From: Alphaproteobacteria bacterium
GTDB taxonomy: Bacteria; Pseudomonadota; Alphaproteobacteria; SHVV01
Direction: 5' to 3'
Length of the DNA: 64,000 nt
Assembly: GCA_965261735.1 (NCBI GenBank)
Contig: OZ253470.1
Span: 1,088,001-1,152,000, forward strand
Shown in pieces: positions 40,769 to 50,354 of the stretch. The stretch's first letter is position 1; every line of letters starts with the position of its first letter. The position numbers were made by a program, and so were the translations under genes. Under the pieces are notes generated by a model. That model was given only the letters and a program-made list of their open reading frames with translations, was not told where the DNA came from and made no database searches.

Positions 40769-42189
40769 GTTGCAGCCCTCCATTCAGCCATGGTCTTGCC
40801 GCCCTTGCTGCGATTACAGCCCGAGCAAAGTAGTTGCAGGTTGTCGGTGTGGTCGGTGCCGCCCTTTGACCGGGGCAGGATGTGGTCAACGTCCATCACC
40901 CGGAACGGGAAGTGAGTCTCGCAGCCGACACACACGCCTTCCTGTTCTCCGTAGAGGCGGTGGCGGTGCGTCCGGTAGTTCGGAAGCTTGCCTAGGTCAG
41001 TGCGCTTAGGCGCCTCCGTGAGCGCTGTAGCTCCACCCCAAGGCATTTTGCCGCGATCCTCGGCGATCCGTTCGTCTACCAGCTTGATCGCCAGCGGAGA
41101 CAGGTCGACACCCGCCCACTCCCGTTGGAGCCGATCCGCCGCAACAAGGGCCGTGGCGCAACCACAGAAGGGGTCCAGCACCATGTCGCCGGGGTCGGTA
41201 CTAGCGAGTATCACGCGCTCCAGCAATGCGAGGGGCTTTTGTGTCGGATATCCCGTGCGTTCCTTTGCCTGCGAATTTACGGGCGGAATGTCAGTCCAAA
41301 TATCCGGCGGAACTTGGCCGGGACTGGCGGCGAGGTAGCGTTTCAGTTCCGGCGTTCCGTTCGCGGTGAATTCGATCAGGCCCGCCTCGTGCAGCATATC
41401 GAGCCGCGCGAGGATACTTGTTTCGCCGCGGTAGCCGGGGATCAGGTTCGCCTCGATCCACGCCGCGTAATCGCCGATCTTCGGCACGCTCCAACAGCGC
41501 CCAATATCGGTCGGGTTCCAGCCGCGCCACGGTTTCCCGGCCTCGCCGTCGCTCGTCTTGGGGCCGGTCAAGTTGTCCCGGCGATATTGTCCCCGGTCAT
41601 CCACATGGCGGTATTTCGAGCGAACGTTGTCATCTGACAGGGGAACCCTCACCCCGCCGCGGCGGATGTCCGAGCCGTAGAGCAGCAGCCGATCCCCAGT
41701 ACGGCCAAACCGGCCCGCGTCATTGTGATTGCCGATCCGCTTCCAGACGATCTCGTTGCGGAACGCGGACACGCCGAACACGGCATCCATAAGTGTCCGA
41801 AGCCAATGCCCGGCGGCATCGTCGCAGTGGAGGTAGATCGAGCCCATGCCCTTGAGGATGCGGCGCATTTCCAACAGCCGGACGGCCATCATGATGAGGT
41901 AGGCTTGCATCGGCTTGCCGTGCGCTTGCCGCGCTGCTTCAATTACCGAGTGGGCGGCAGGGTGGCGATCCGCCAGTTCACCGTGTTCGTGGACATCAAC
42001 ATCGCTCAACGTCCAAGCGTCTTTGAATGCGGCGCCGGCGGCCTTACTACCTATCGGCGCCTCATAATTTCGGTTCGAGTTGAACGGCGGATCGAGATAG
42101 ATCAGATCCACGCACGCATCGTTCATGCCCCGCATGATTTCGAGATTGTCGCCGGTCCACACCGTCCCGCTGGCGAAGTTAGCGGCCAT
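40765..42189 (-). CDS. Beta-class N4/N6 DNA methyltransferase fused to a C-terminal Zn-HNH endonuclease
   Basis: Motif IV YLDPPF precedes YPTQKP and motif I LDPFCGCAT. C-terminus CVGC...VDHILPRSKGG...NLQLLCSGCNRSKG. Confidence 0.92.
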   Translation of the reverse strand: MAANFASGTVWTGDNLEIMRGMNDACVDLIYLDPPFNSNRNYEAPIGSKAAGAAFKDAWTLSDVDVHEHGELADRHPAAHSVIEAARQAHGKPMQAYLIMMAVRLLEMRRILKGMGSIYLHCDDAAGHWLRTLMDAVFGVSAFRNEIVWKRIGNHNDAGRFGRTGDRLLLYGSDIRRGGVRVPLSDDNVRSKYRHVDDRGQYRRDNLTGPKTSDGEAGKPWRGWNPTDIGRCWSVPKIGDYAAWIEANLIPGYRGETSILARLDMLHEAGLIEFTANGTPELKRYLAASPGQVPPDIWTDIPPVNSQAKERTGYPTQKPLALLERVILASTDPGDMVLDPFCGCATALVAADRLQREWAGVDLSPLAIKLVDERIAEDRGKMPWGGATALTEAPKRTDLGKLPNYRTHRHRLYGEQEGVCVGCETHFPFRVMDVDHILPRSKGGTDHTDNLQLLCSGCNRSKGGKTMAEWRAAT

Positions 42190-42754
42190 GGGGTGGACCA
42201 CTCCGAACAGTTGCCCAATAGGTATCGTCAATACTCCTGCCTATGATGAACCCATTCCTTATCGTTATAAACCCCCGATTCCAGATAACCTTCAATTCAC
42301 ACTTATACTCCCCAGGCTCTATAGTTATATTCTTTGATTGGTCGTTTATTGTTGCCTTTGGTTGTCCCGCTTCTTGAAAACATATAACAGCAATTCCAGG
42401 AAGTCCTGCGTCCAAATTCACACGCAGAGAAGGGGTGCCGCTCTCTACATTGATCGTCGGCCTTATCTTGTCCCCGACTAGCGATCCCCTCCCGCCCTCT
42501 CTAATGGTAGCAAACGCGCATAGGTTGTTGGCGGTTTCACGGTAAGCAAGTTTTTTTCTCCATCCCTTGACGGGATCGTTCGCTATGAAACACTTCAGAC
42601 CAACGCCACTTTCTCTTCTGTCGACCGTAAACGTCAAACTTATAGCGGGCTTCCCCCACCACATTTGGAATGCGGTCGGCAGAGTCACAAGGCCAATCCC
42701 AAAAGCGACGCCCGACAGGACCACGTCCGTCCATCCCAACCATTCTGGCACCAT
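42179..42754 (-). CDS. Low-GC hypothetical passenger protein with an N-terminal TM helix
   Basis: 191-aa ORF in AT-richer DNA with hydrophobic VVLSGVAFGIGLVTL. Stop overlaps the MTase start. Confidence 0.7.
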   Translation of the reverse strand: MVPEWLGWTDVVLSGVAFGIGLVTLPTAFQMWWGKPAISLTFTVDRRESGVGLKCFIANDPVKGWRKKLAYRETANNLCAFATIREGGRGSLVGDKIRPTINVESGTPSLRVNLDAGLPGIAVICFQEAGQPKATINDQSKNITIEPGEYKCELKVIWNRGFITIRNGFIIGRSIDDTYWATVRSGPPHGR

Positions 42755-42899
42755 CCCCCCATCATGCGGATTCCCCGTTCGGCGTCAACGTTTCTTTGTA
42801 ATCCCCTGTTTTTGAGGCGGCTTGGCCGCCGCCATTTTCATTTGACTTGCCGTCGACCCGGCGCAGGATGACGGTAAAGCATTGATGCGGGGGGAGCGT

Positions 42900-44327
42900 A
42901 TGTCCTTGGCCGGTTCAGCGACACTGAAGGAAGCAGCCACGCTAAGTGGATGCACGGACGAAGAGCTAGCGCGCTTTGGCGAGAGCCTGCGGGCGCTGTC
43001 GCTGCACCAGGCCACGCGGATCAACCCCTTTGCGTTCGCCGAAGCGGCCGGCCTCGCGTCGGAGACGGCTGTAGATATCTTCGTCCACGGCGCCAAACTC
43101 GGTCTGTTCGACCTCGAATGGGGCATGGTGTGCCCAATGTGCGGCGCCATCACCAACAGCGTCGCTCGGCTCGACAACGTCGAGGAAGATGTTCTGTTCT
43201 GCGCGCAGTGCGCCCGCGATGCGCCGTCGGTCCTGGACGACACGGTCGAGGTCACCTTCGCCTACAACCCGGGCGCCGAAACCTTCGACATGCACGGCGA
43301 CTTTCCGAGCTACCTCGAGTACCACACTTCCTCGAGCTATCCCTATCGCGAGGGCTGGCAGGGCTACCATAAGCGCCACACGGTGGCCGACATCAAGCTC
43401 GGCATCGGCGCGAGCGGCGCGCTGACACTACCGTTAGAAGCCGGGCAAACATACCGGCTGGTGTGCCTCGACACCCATTCGGGGGCGATGCTCGAGGTCG
43501 CGCAGGAAGGGCAGGCGGCGGACGGCGCGAAAGTCGAGGTGACACTCTCGGACGCCGGCTTTTCGCGGGATAGCCTAACTTTGCCCCCAGGCAAGTCGAC
43601 GCTCTCGCTCACCAACCTCACCGACCAGCCGGTATGGTGCTGGGTGGTGCGGCGCAACTTCGATGAAGCGATGGCGATCATGAAACAGATGCCGCCACCG
43701 TTCGGTCGGCGCCTCACCGGCAAGCACCTACTCAACAACCAGGCGTTTCGCGACACCTTCGCGTTGCACGAGCTGGCGCCCGACCTCAAGCTCAAGCTAC
43801 GCAGCATTACCCTACTGTTCACCGACCTCAAGGGCTCCACCGCGCTCTACGACCGCGAGGGCGACCTAGCCGCCTATCGGTTGGTGCAGGACCATTTCGT
43901 TGCGCTGAAGAGGGTCGTGCGCACCCACTCGGGCGCCATGATCAAGACGATGGGCGATGCCGTGATGGCCGCGTTCCCGGACGGCAGCGACGGGACCGCC
44001 GCGGCGATCTCCATGATGACGGCGATGCGGAACCTGGCCGGAGACATCCAAAGCAACGAAATCGGCCTCAAGGTCGGCCTCCACGCCGGGCCGGCACTGG
44101 CGATCAACTCCGGCACCAGCGTCGATTATTTCGGTCAGACCGTGAACATCGCCGCGCGCGTACAGAGCCTTGCCGACGCCGGCGACATCTGTGTCACGGG
44201 GGCGTTGAACGAAGAGGAAGCGATCCCGGCGTTGCTCACCGATGCCGGCTATACCGGCTACTCAGAGATGGCCAAGCTCAAGGGCGTATCGGCCGAAGAG
44301 AAGGTCTTCCGCTACCGCCCGGCCTAA
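42900..44327 (+). CDS. DUF5939-like domain plus class III adenylate/guanylate cyclase
   Basis: CPMC...CAQC N-domain, LLFTDLKGST, KTMGDAVMA and DYFGQTVNIAARV. Confidence 0.88.
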   Translation: MSLAGSATLKEAATLSGCTDEELARFGESLRALSLHQATRINPFAFAEAAGLASETAVDIFVHGAKLGLFDLEWGMVCPMCGAITNSVARLDNVEEDVLFCAQCARDAPSVLDDTVEVTFAYNPGAETFDMHGDFPSYLEYHTSSSYPYREGWQGYHKRHTVADIKLGIGASGALTLPLEAGQTYRLVCLDTHSGAMLEVAQEGQAADGAKVEVTLSDAGFSRDSLTLPPGKSTLSLTNLTDQPVWCWVVRRNFDEAMAIMKQMPPPFGRRLTGKHLLNNQAFRDTFALHELAPDLKLKLRSITLLFTDLKGSTALYDREGDLAAYRLVQDHFVALKRVVRTHSGAMIKTMGDAVMAAFPDGSDGTAAAISMMTAMRNLAGDIQSNEIGLKVGLHAGPALAINSGTSVDYFGQTVNIAARVQSLADAGDICVTGALNEEEAIPALLTDAGYTGYSEMAKLKGVSAEEKVFRYRPA

Positions 44328-44358
44328 ACCGCCATCGGTCGGGCCAACCCCGGACATC

Positions 44359-44523
44359 GGCTGTCGCAGCGCTGGCTGTCGCAGCGCTAGCGTGGCTGTT
44401 CAACGTCGTCGGCACCGCGGACCTGCTCCACGCCGTGTTCCGCGGCTTCATGGTCGATGCCCAGCAGACCATGGGCGCGGCCTGGTACATCCCGACCTTC
44501 ATCGTCCCCCTGCTTCTGGTAAC
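44359..44523 (+). pseudogene. Diverged remnant of the 39054 membrane-protein 3' end, preceded by a 15-bp tandem duplication
   Basis: WLFNVVGTADLL...WYIPTFIVPLLLVT matches 39357-39490. GGCTGTCGCAGCGCT x2 at 44359-44388. Confidence 0.8.
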
Positions 44524-44782
44524 GTGTATTTTTGCTGACATACATATGGCAGGCGGCAGGGAACCCAGCCCCGCGGGGGGTCGTATCGGTTTCATCGTTG
44601 CTATCCATTTATGGCCCTACATACTGATTGGGGCCGGTGCGTTCGTCGTCTACAAATTGGGCATTGGGCTTTGGAATAGGCGTCGGCGGTAGAGCGGTAA
44701 GGTGCGAACTCACTTCCCCATCCTGCGTCACCGACTTCTGCTGCTGGTCACCACCGGACTTCGCCGGCTCGCGCCCTCCCCC

Positions 44783-46411
44783 CTACCCCGCCGGTAGTTG
44801 GTAGTCCTTGTAGGTCTCGCGGAGCGTGGCTTTTTGGATCTTGCCGGTGGCGGTGAGGGGGAGCTCGTCGGTGAAAACGACGTCGTCGGGGATCCACCAC
44901 TTGGCGACCTTGCCCTGGAGGAAGGCGAGGATGTCGTCCTTGTTCGGGCTCTTGCCGTCGGCGGGCACGACGACCAGGAGCGGGCGCTCCTCCCACTTCG
45001 GGTGGTGGACGCCGATGACGGCGGCCTGCTTCACGTCGGGGTGGCCGAAAGCCAGGTTCTCAAGCGTGATCGAGCTGATCCACTCGCCGCCCGACTTGAT
45101 CACGTCCTTGGTGCGGTCGGTGATCTGCATGTAGCCGTGCTCATCGAGCGTGGAGACATCGCCCGTCGGCATCCAACCGTCCGCGTCGAGCACCTCCCCG
45201 CCTTCGCCCTTGAAGTAGCCGCTCGCCGCCCACGAGCCGCGCACCCACAGGTCGCCGAAGGTCTCGCCGTCGCGCGGCACCCCGGTGCCTTCCGAGTTGG
45301 TGATCTTGAGCTCGAGGCCGTACTGCACGCGGCCCTGCTTGTGCAGGATGCGCTGCTGCTCCTCGAACGGCATGGCGGCGATCTCGGGTGTCGTCGTCGC
45401 CATCGTCCCCAGCGGGCTCGTCTCCGTCATGCCCCAGATTTGCAGCACCGTGACGCCGTACTTCTCGCGCAGGATATCGATCATGTGGCGCGGCACCGCC
45501 GAGCCGCCGATGGTGACGCGGCCGAGCGATTCCATCGTGTGGCCCGAGCCCTCGAGGTAATCGAGCAACATGGTCCACACCGTCGGCACCGCGACCGAGA
45601 AGGTGACGCGCTCGGCATCGATCAGCTCGTGGATGCTGGCGCCGTCCATCTTGGTGCCGGGCAGCACCAGCGTGGCCCCGCACATCGGCGCCAGGTACGG
45701 CAGTGACCAGCCGTTGCCGTGATACATCGGCGCGATGGCGAGGATCACGTCGTTCGCCGACAGGCCCATGGCGCTGTTCTGGGCCGCCGCCATGGCGTGA
45801 ATGACCATCGAGCGGTGGCCGTAGAGCACGCCCTTGGGGTCGCCGGTGGTGCCCGAGGTGTAGCACAGCGAGGACGCGGTACGTTCGTCGAACACGGGCC
45901 ACTCGAAGTCCGCGCTCTCGGCCGCGAGCAGCGTCTCATAGCACAGCGCGTTCGCGAGCTTGGTGTCGGGCATGTGCGCCTCGTCGGTGAGGATCACGTA
46001 GGCCTGGACGGACGAAAGCTGCGGCGCCAACCTTTCTGCGAGCTCGACGAAGGAGAGGTCGAGGAACACGACCTTATCCTCAGCGTGGTTGATGATGTAG
46101 AGGATCTGCTCCTCGAACAGGCGCGGGTTGACGGTGTGCAGCACGGCGGCGATGCACGAGACCCCGTAGAACAGCTCGAAATGGCGGTAGCCGTTCCAGG
46201 CCAGGGTGCCGACGCGGTCGGCCTCGCCGATGCCCAGGCGATGAAGCGCGTTGGCGAGCTGCTTCGAGCGCGCTTCGGCCTCGCGATAGGTGTAGCGGTG
46301 GATCGGTCCCTCGACCGTGCGCGAGACGATCTCGCGGTTCGGGTGGTAGCGGGCCGCATAGGTGAGGAAGGACGAGATCAGCAGCTGCGTGTCCTGCATC
46401 AAAGCGAACAT
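44783..46411 (-). CDS. Acyl-CoA ligase (AlkK/DmdB-like medium-chain fatty acid-CoA ligase)
   Basis: [43 protein letters not shown] and TATGK. Confidence 0.92.
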   Translation of the reverse strand: MFALMQDTQLLISSFLTYAARYHPNREIVSRTVEGPIHRYTYREAEARSKQLANALHRLGIGEADRVGTLAWNGYRHFELFYGVSCIAAVLHTVNPRLFEEQILYIINHAEDKVVFLDLSFVELAERLAPQLSSVQAYVILTDEAHMPDTKLANALCYETLLAAESADFEWPVFDERTASSLCYTSGTTGDPKGVLYGHRSMVIHAMAAAQNSAMGLSANDVILAIAPMYHGNGWSLPYLAPMCGATLVLPGTKMDGASIHELIDAERVTFSVAVPTVWTMLLDYLEGSGHTMESLGRVTIGGSAVPRHMIDILREKYGVTVLQIWGMTETSPLGTMATTTPEIAAMPFEEQQRILHKQGRVQYGLELKITNSEGTGVPRDGETFGDLWVRGSWAASGYFKGEGGEVLDADGWMPTGDVSTLDEHGYMQITDRTKDVIKSGGEWISSITLENLAFGHPDVKQAAVIGVHHPKWEERPLLVVVPADGKSPNKDDILAFLQGKVAKWWIPDDVVFTDELPLTATGKIQKATLRETYKDYQLPAG

Positions 46412-46463
46412 GGGGCCTCCCTGGGTCTCCATCGATGTCGTCGTGCGGCGCCGTGCAGCGCGC

Positions 46464-47246
46464 CTATTGGCGGTAGGAGGGGTCCTCGCGATCGAGCAGC
46501 CGGAGCAGAGACGGCCATGCCGCTTCGCTCGTCTCGATCTGGCTCGATTGCTGGCTCGCCGTGTGTGCCTGCACCGCCGCGGACGGCAGCGCGAGTTTCG
46601 CCCCGCCCGACTGGGCGAGGAGCTGGGCCCGGCACGCCTGCTCGACCAGATAGGCGAGCTGGAAGGTGGCCGCCACCGTGGGGCCGAGAACGAGGGTGCC
46701 GTGGTTGCGCAGGATCAGCACCTTCTTGTCGCCGCGGGCGTCGGCCATGAGGCGCTCGCTCTCCTCGGCGTCGAGCGCGAAACCCTCGAAGTCGTGATAG
46801 GCGACGAGGTGCGAGATGCCGAGCGCGGTTTGATTGATCGGCAGCAGCCCCTCGGCCAGCGCCGAGACCGCGGCGCCGGCGTCGGTTTCGAGGTGCATGA
46901 CGCAGCCCACGGTGCGTGCCGGCGCATACCGGCGCTCATAGTCCTCGGTATACCAAGGCGTGTGCAGGGCCGGCGCGGCGGCGTTGAGGGGATAGTCGCT
47001 CGCACCCACGATGTTGCCCTCGAGGTCGGCCTTGACCAGCGAGGACGCGGTGATCTCGCTGAACAGCAGACCGAAGGGGTTGAGCAGGATGCATGGCGCG
47101 TCGGGGACCCGGGCCGAGAGGTGGCTGAAGATCAACTGATCCCAGCCGAAGCGGGCGACGAGGCGGTAGCAAGCGGCGAGGTCGACGCGGACGTCGCGTT
47201 CCGCATTGGACATCGTACGCGCCGTGTCCGGAGCAGCCATCGACAT
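46464..47246 (-). CDS. Class II aldolase/adducin family protein
   Basis: DLAACYRL, SHLSARVP, NPFGLLFSEITASSL and LRNHG. Confidence 0.9.
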   Translation of the reverse strand: MSMAAPDTARTMSNAERDVRVDLAACYRLVARFGWDQLIFSHLSARVPDAPCILLNPFGLLFSEITASSLVKADLEGNIVGASDYPLNAAAPALHTPWYTEDYERRYAPARTVGCVMHLETDAGAAVSALAEGLLPINQTALGISHLVAYHDFEGFALDAEESERLMADARGDKKVLILRNHGTLVLGPTVAATFQLAYLVEQACRAQLLAQSGGAKLALPSAAVQAHTASQQSSQIETSEAAWPSLLRLLDREDPSYRQ

Positions 47247-47315
47247 AGACGTCCTCCTTCGCGCTTCCAGCGGTGCTCGCCCCGAATAGGCCTGAAAATC
47301 GGCGCTACGCGACGC

Positions 47316-48323
47316 TTACACCAAGTACGGGCGCAACGCCTTCTCGGCTCCGGCGGCGGCCGCGAAATCGGGCTTGCGCGCGACGAAAAACTCGCATGGC
47401 GTGCCGTCCGGATCGACCACGAACAGGCTGTGCTTGGCGGCGTTGTCGATGCGCCTGTCGATGGCGACGCCGGCCTCCTCGAGCGCGGCTTCAGCCGCCC
47501 CCAGGTCGTTCTCGCCGGCGAGCTGGAAGCCGTAGTGGTGGACCCGTGGCGCGGCGCCCCCCTCCTGCTTGAACAGGGCGAGCGAACAGGCGTAGCCCGC
47601 GCGTGTGCCGGCGAAGCAGGTGAAGGCGCCGTCGGGAGCGGCGTACACCACCTCGAGGCCGGCGACGTCGCGGTAGAATTCGACCATCGACTCGTACTGG
47701 CCGGCCAGCAGCACGGAGTGGGTGATGCGCTGCGGGGCGATCAGGGCGCCCGCGACCCGGCCGATCTCGGGATTCACCGGATAATGGGAGTCGGTGCGAG
47801 CCGGCGCCGCGTTGGGCTCCCACGAGCCCGTGATCTGCGTGCCCACCCCGCGCTCGAAGACGCCGCGCCAGTCGCTGGTGGTGTCGGCGTAGAACTCGTG
47901 CAGATAGCCGTCGGGGTCGAAGAGGTAGACGCCGTTCGAAGCCGTATGGTCGACGCAGCGGTGGATGGCGACGCCCGAGGCGAGCGCGCGGTTGTAGGCC
48001 TCCACGAGCTCCTTCTCGTTCTCCATCTCCCAGCCGAAGTGGTTGATGCCGGGCTTGGCGGCGCGGCCGTCCGAGGGCAGCGGTTTGCCGTCGTTGCCGA
48101 GACGGGTCTCGGTGGTGGTCTGAACCACGGCGAGGTCGTGGTGCGTGTTGCCGTTCGAGAGAAAGCGCGACCTTCCCCCGTTGCCCTGGAAAACCTCATC
48201 GAAACCGGCGATTTTGTTGTAGAAGTGGAACGAGCGCTCGACGTCGCCGACGAAGATGTTGGCGTGGCCGAGGCGGCGCGGTGCGAACATGGCGGCGGGG
48301 TTTTCCTGCGGCTGAACGGTCAT
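47316..48323 (-). CDS. Two-domain VOC family protein (extradiol dioxygenase-like)
   Basis: RLGHAN, HHDLA, NHFGWE and YLFDPDG...EFY. Second domain HHYGF, DPDGTPCEF. Confidence 0.85.
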   Translation of the reverse strand: MTVQPQENPAAMFAPRRLGHANIFVGDVERSFHFYNKIAGFDEVFQGNGGRSRFLSNGNTHHDLAVVQTTTETRLGNDGKPLPSDGRAAKPGINHFGWEMENEKELVEAYNRALASGVAIHRCVDHTASNGVYLFDPDGYLHEFYADTTSDWRGVFERGVGTQITGSWEPNAAPARTDSHYPVNPEIGRVAGALIAPQRITHSVLLAGQYESMVEFYRDVAGLEVVYAAPDGAFTCFAGTRAGYACSLALFKQEGGAAPRVHHYGFQLAGENDLGAAEAALEEAGVAIDRRIDNAAKHSLFVVDPDGTPCEFFVARKPDFAAAAGAEKALRPYLV

Positions 48324-48371
48324 GGCATGGGCCTCCTGGGTTGCGCGCCCGCGGTCTCACGGGGGCGGTCG

Positions 48372-48412
48372 ATGGGCGCGGCAATGGGCGCGGCAATGGG
48401 CGCGGCAATGGG
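48372..48412. repeat. 12-bp tandem repeat ATGGGCGCGGCA, 3.4 copies
   Basis: Perfect units in the divergent promoter region. Confidence 0.85.
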
Positions 48413-48496
48413 TAATATAGCATAGGCTGGCGGCGCCTCTCACCATCTATCGGCCGGGCCCGGGTCGCACCAGCGCACGCAACCGAGGGAGAGACC

Positions 48497-49330
48497 ATGC
48501 GCGCTCGCTTTATCGACATCGACGGCGTCCGCACCCGCTATCTCTACGAGGGTGAGGGCAACGCGACCAAGCTGCTGCTGATCCACGCCGGCGGGGTATC
48601 CGCCGACACCTGGCTCAGGAACATCGACGTTCTCGGCCAGGACTTCGCCGTCTACGCGCCCGACAATCTCGGCCATGGCTTCACCGACGCGGTCGACCTC
48701 GGGCCGGACTTGCCCCAGGCGCGCTCGGTGGCCCATCTCGGCGGCTTCATGGACCGACTCGGGCTGGAGCGTTGCGCCGTCGGCGGCAGCTCGTACGGCT
48801 CCCTCGTCTCCGCACTGCTCTACCTCGAGCGTCCGACCCAGGTCGAAAAGCTCATCCTCATCGGCAGCAGCTCCACATTCGATACCGACGAGGACAACAA
48901 GGAGGCGATCAAGGGCGCCTTCGCCAATTCGGCGAAGGCCCTGGGGAGCCCGACGCCGGAGGTCTGCCGCAAGCGCCTCGCCAACGCCGTGTATGACCCG
49001 GCGTCGGTGCCCGACGAGCTCGTGTTCATGCAGCTCACCCAATACGCACAGCCCGACCGGCTGACGTATTACGAGCACGCCATGCGCAAGCGAATCGAGT
49101 GGCAGGGGCCGATGCCCTATCGCGTCGCCGAGCGCCTCGACGAGATCCGCGCGCCGACCCTCATCCTTACGGGCAAGCAGGACAAGCGCACGGACTGGCG
49201 CACCGCAGAGGAAGCGGCGAAGCGGATGCCCAATGCCGTGGCCCACAGCATCGACAAGTGCGGCCACCTCCCCTACCTCGAGTATCCCGACCTCTTCAAC
49301 CGGCTCGTTGCCGAGTTCCTGCGCAGCTAG
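48497..49330 (+). CDS. Alpha/beta hydrolase (BphD/MhpC-like C-C hydrolase candidate)
   Basis: LIHAGG, DNLGHG, GSSYG nucleophile elbow, GKQD and CGHLP. Confidence 0.88.
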   Translation: MRARFIDIDGVRTRYLYEGEGNATKLLLIHAGGVSADTWLRNIDVLGQDFAVYAPDNLGHGFTDAVDLGPDLPQARSVAHLGGFMDRLGLERCAVGGSSYGSLVSALLYLERPTQVEKLILIGSSSTFDTDEDNKEAIKGAFANSAKALGSPTPEVCRKRLANAVYDPASVPDELVFMQLTQYAQPDRLTYYEHAMRKRIEWQGPMPYRVAERLDEIRAPTLILTGKQDKRTDWRTAEEAAKRMPNAVAHSIDKCGHLPYLEYPDLFNRLVAEFLRS

Positions 49331-49686
49331 GGCACCATAACGCGTGGGGTTATTTCATGACGGATACCAAGCTCCCGGAGCCGATCGCCTTTACGATGAA
49401 CCTCGTTCCCGATGACGGTGTAACGGTTGACGAGGTGGCGGCGTTATTCGAGACCAGCATCGTCAATCTGGTCTTGCAGAAGAATCGCCCTTCCAGTTTC
49501 CCTAAGCCTAGGGCGCACTTCCTAGCCCGCTGAAAGGCTCGGTAAAGCCGGCCCTGCGAGCGCCGCGACAGCGTGCGCGCGCCTGCTCGGCGGAATAAAT
49601 CCGACTGGCCGGTGTCTATCAGAGTGAAAAGGGGCGGCGCGAGCCAACGCGCCCAAAGCCCTAGGTCAAGGGAGGACGACCCACGA

Positions 49687-49906
49687 GTGCACCGCACAAG
49701 CTTGCGTTAGCTTTGCTCACGACCACGCTTCTGGTCGGCTGTGCCGCCCAGACATGCCGGCATCCGTCAAGGTCATGGACACCTCGCTCGGCAACGTGTT
49801 GGTCGATGCGAAGGGCATGACGCTGTACGGCTGGGTCAAGGACACCAAATCCGGCGACGTCACCGGGGACGGTGTAGGCAAGGTGTGGCACGCCGCCAAA
49901 CCGTAA
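49687..49906 (+). pseudogene. COG4315 (Yx[FWY]xxD repeat) lipoprotein remnant, frameshifted and collapsed to one repeat
   Basis: GGAGG RBS and LVGC lipobox fragment. LGNVLVDAKGMTLY is fused directly to GWVKDTKSGDVTGDGVGKVWHAAKP*. Confidence 0.75.
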
Positions 49907-49965
49907 GCGCCCGCACAGCAGGCCGGTGGGGCCGGTGGGGCCGGCGGGGACACTCGGTCCTCGCC

Positions 49966-50354
49966 TCAATACTCCATGTCGGCGTGTTTCATCTGCACCA
50001 GTTGGCCGCTCGAAAGGGACATCATCAGTATCGCGATCAGCTCGCGCACGATGATCGTGTGCCGGTTGCCGCTGTCGCGCATTTCGCTCAGCAGGTCTTG
50101 GCGGACCTGCTTGACGCCGGTGACCTCGATCACGAGGTCGACCGGCTGATCGCCCCTAAGCAGCTCGATGAAGTTGGTCGTGGTTCTTACGCCGTGCTTG
50201 GAGGCAAGCTGCACTCCCGGCGCCTCAGCATTGAGATCCGCCAATCCCACGATCTCGACGAATTCCACGTCGATGAGCTGCTTGAGCAGAGGCGTGCCGG
50301 TTTGCCGGTTTCGCCCCCACCGATGACGGCAACCGTGATCTTGTTGTTGCGCAT
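49966..50354 (-). pseudogene. Small Rossmann-fold protein frameshifted by an 8-bp duplication
   Basis: Removing one GCCGGTTT restores MRNNKITVAVIGGGETGTPLLKQL...VIEVTG (126 aa). Confidence 0.82.

Larger units (their letters stand above)
39636..42806 (+). mobile_element. IS1595 family (ISNwi1-like) transporter IS with passenger genes, 3171 bp
   Basis: Perfect 23-bp TIRs GGGGATTACAAAGAAACGTTGAC (39636-39658, 42784-42806). 8-bp TSD TGTTTTTG (39628-39635, 42807-42814). Confidence 0.96.

Noticed and set aside
46362-48425. Long plus-strand ORF and similar long antisense ORFs (3656-5104, 13081-15168, 17725-19587)
   Set aside because: High-GC shadow frames opposite well-supported genes, with no recognisable motifs.
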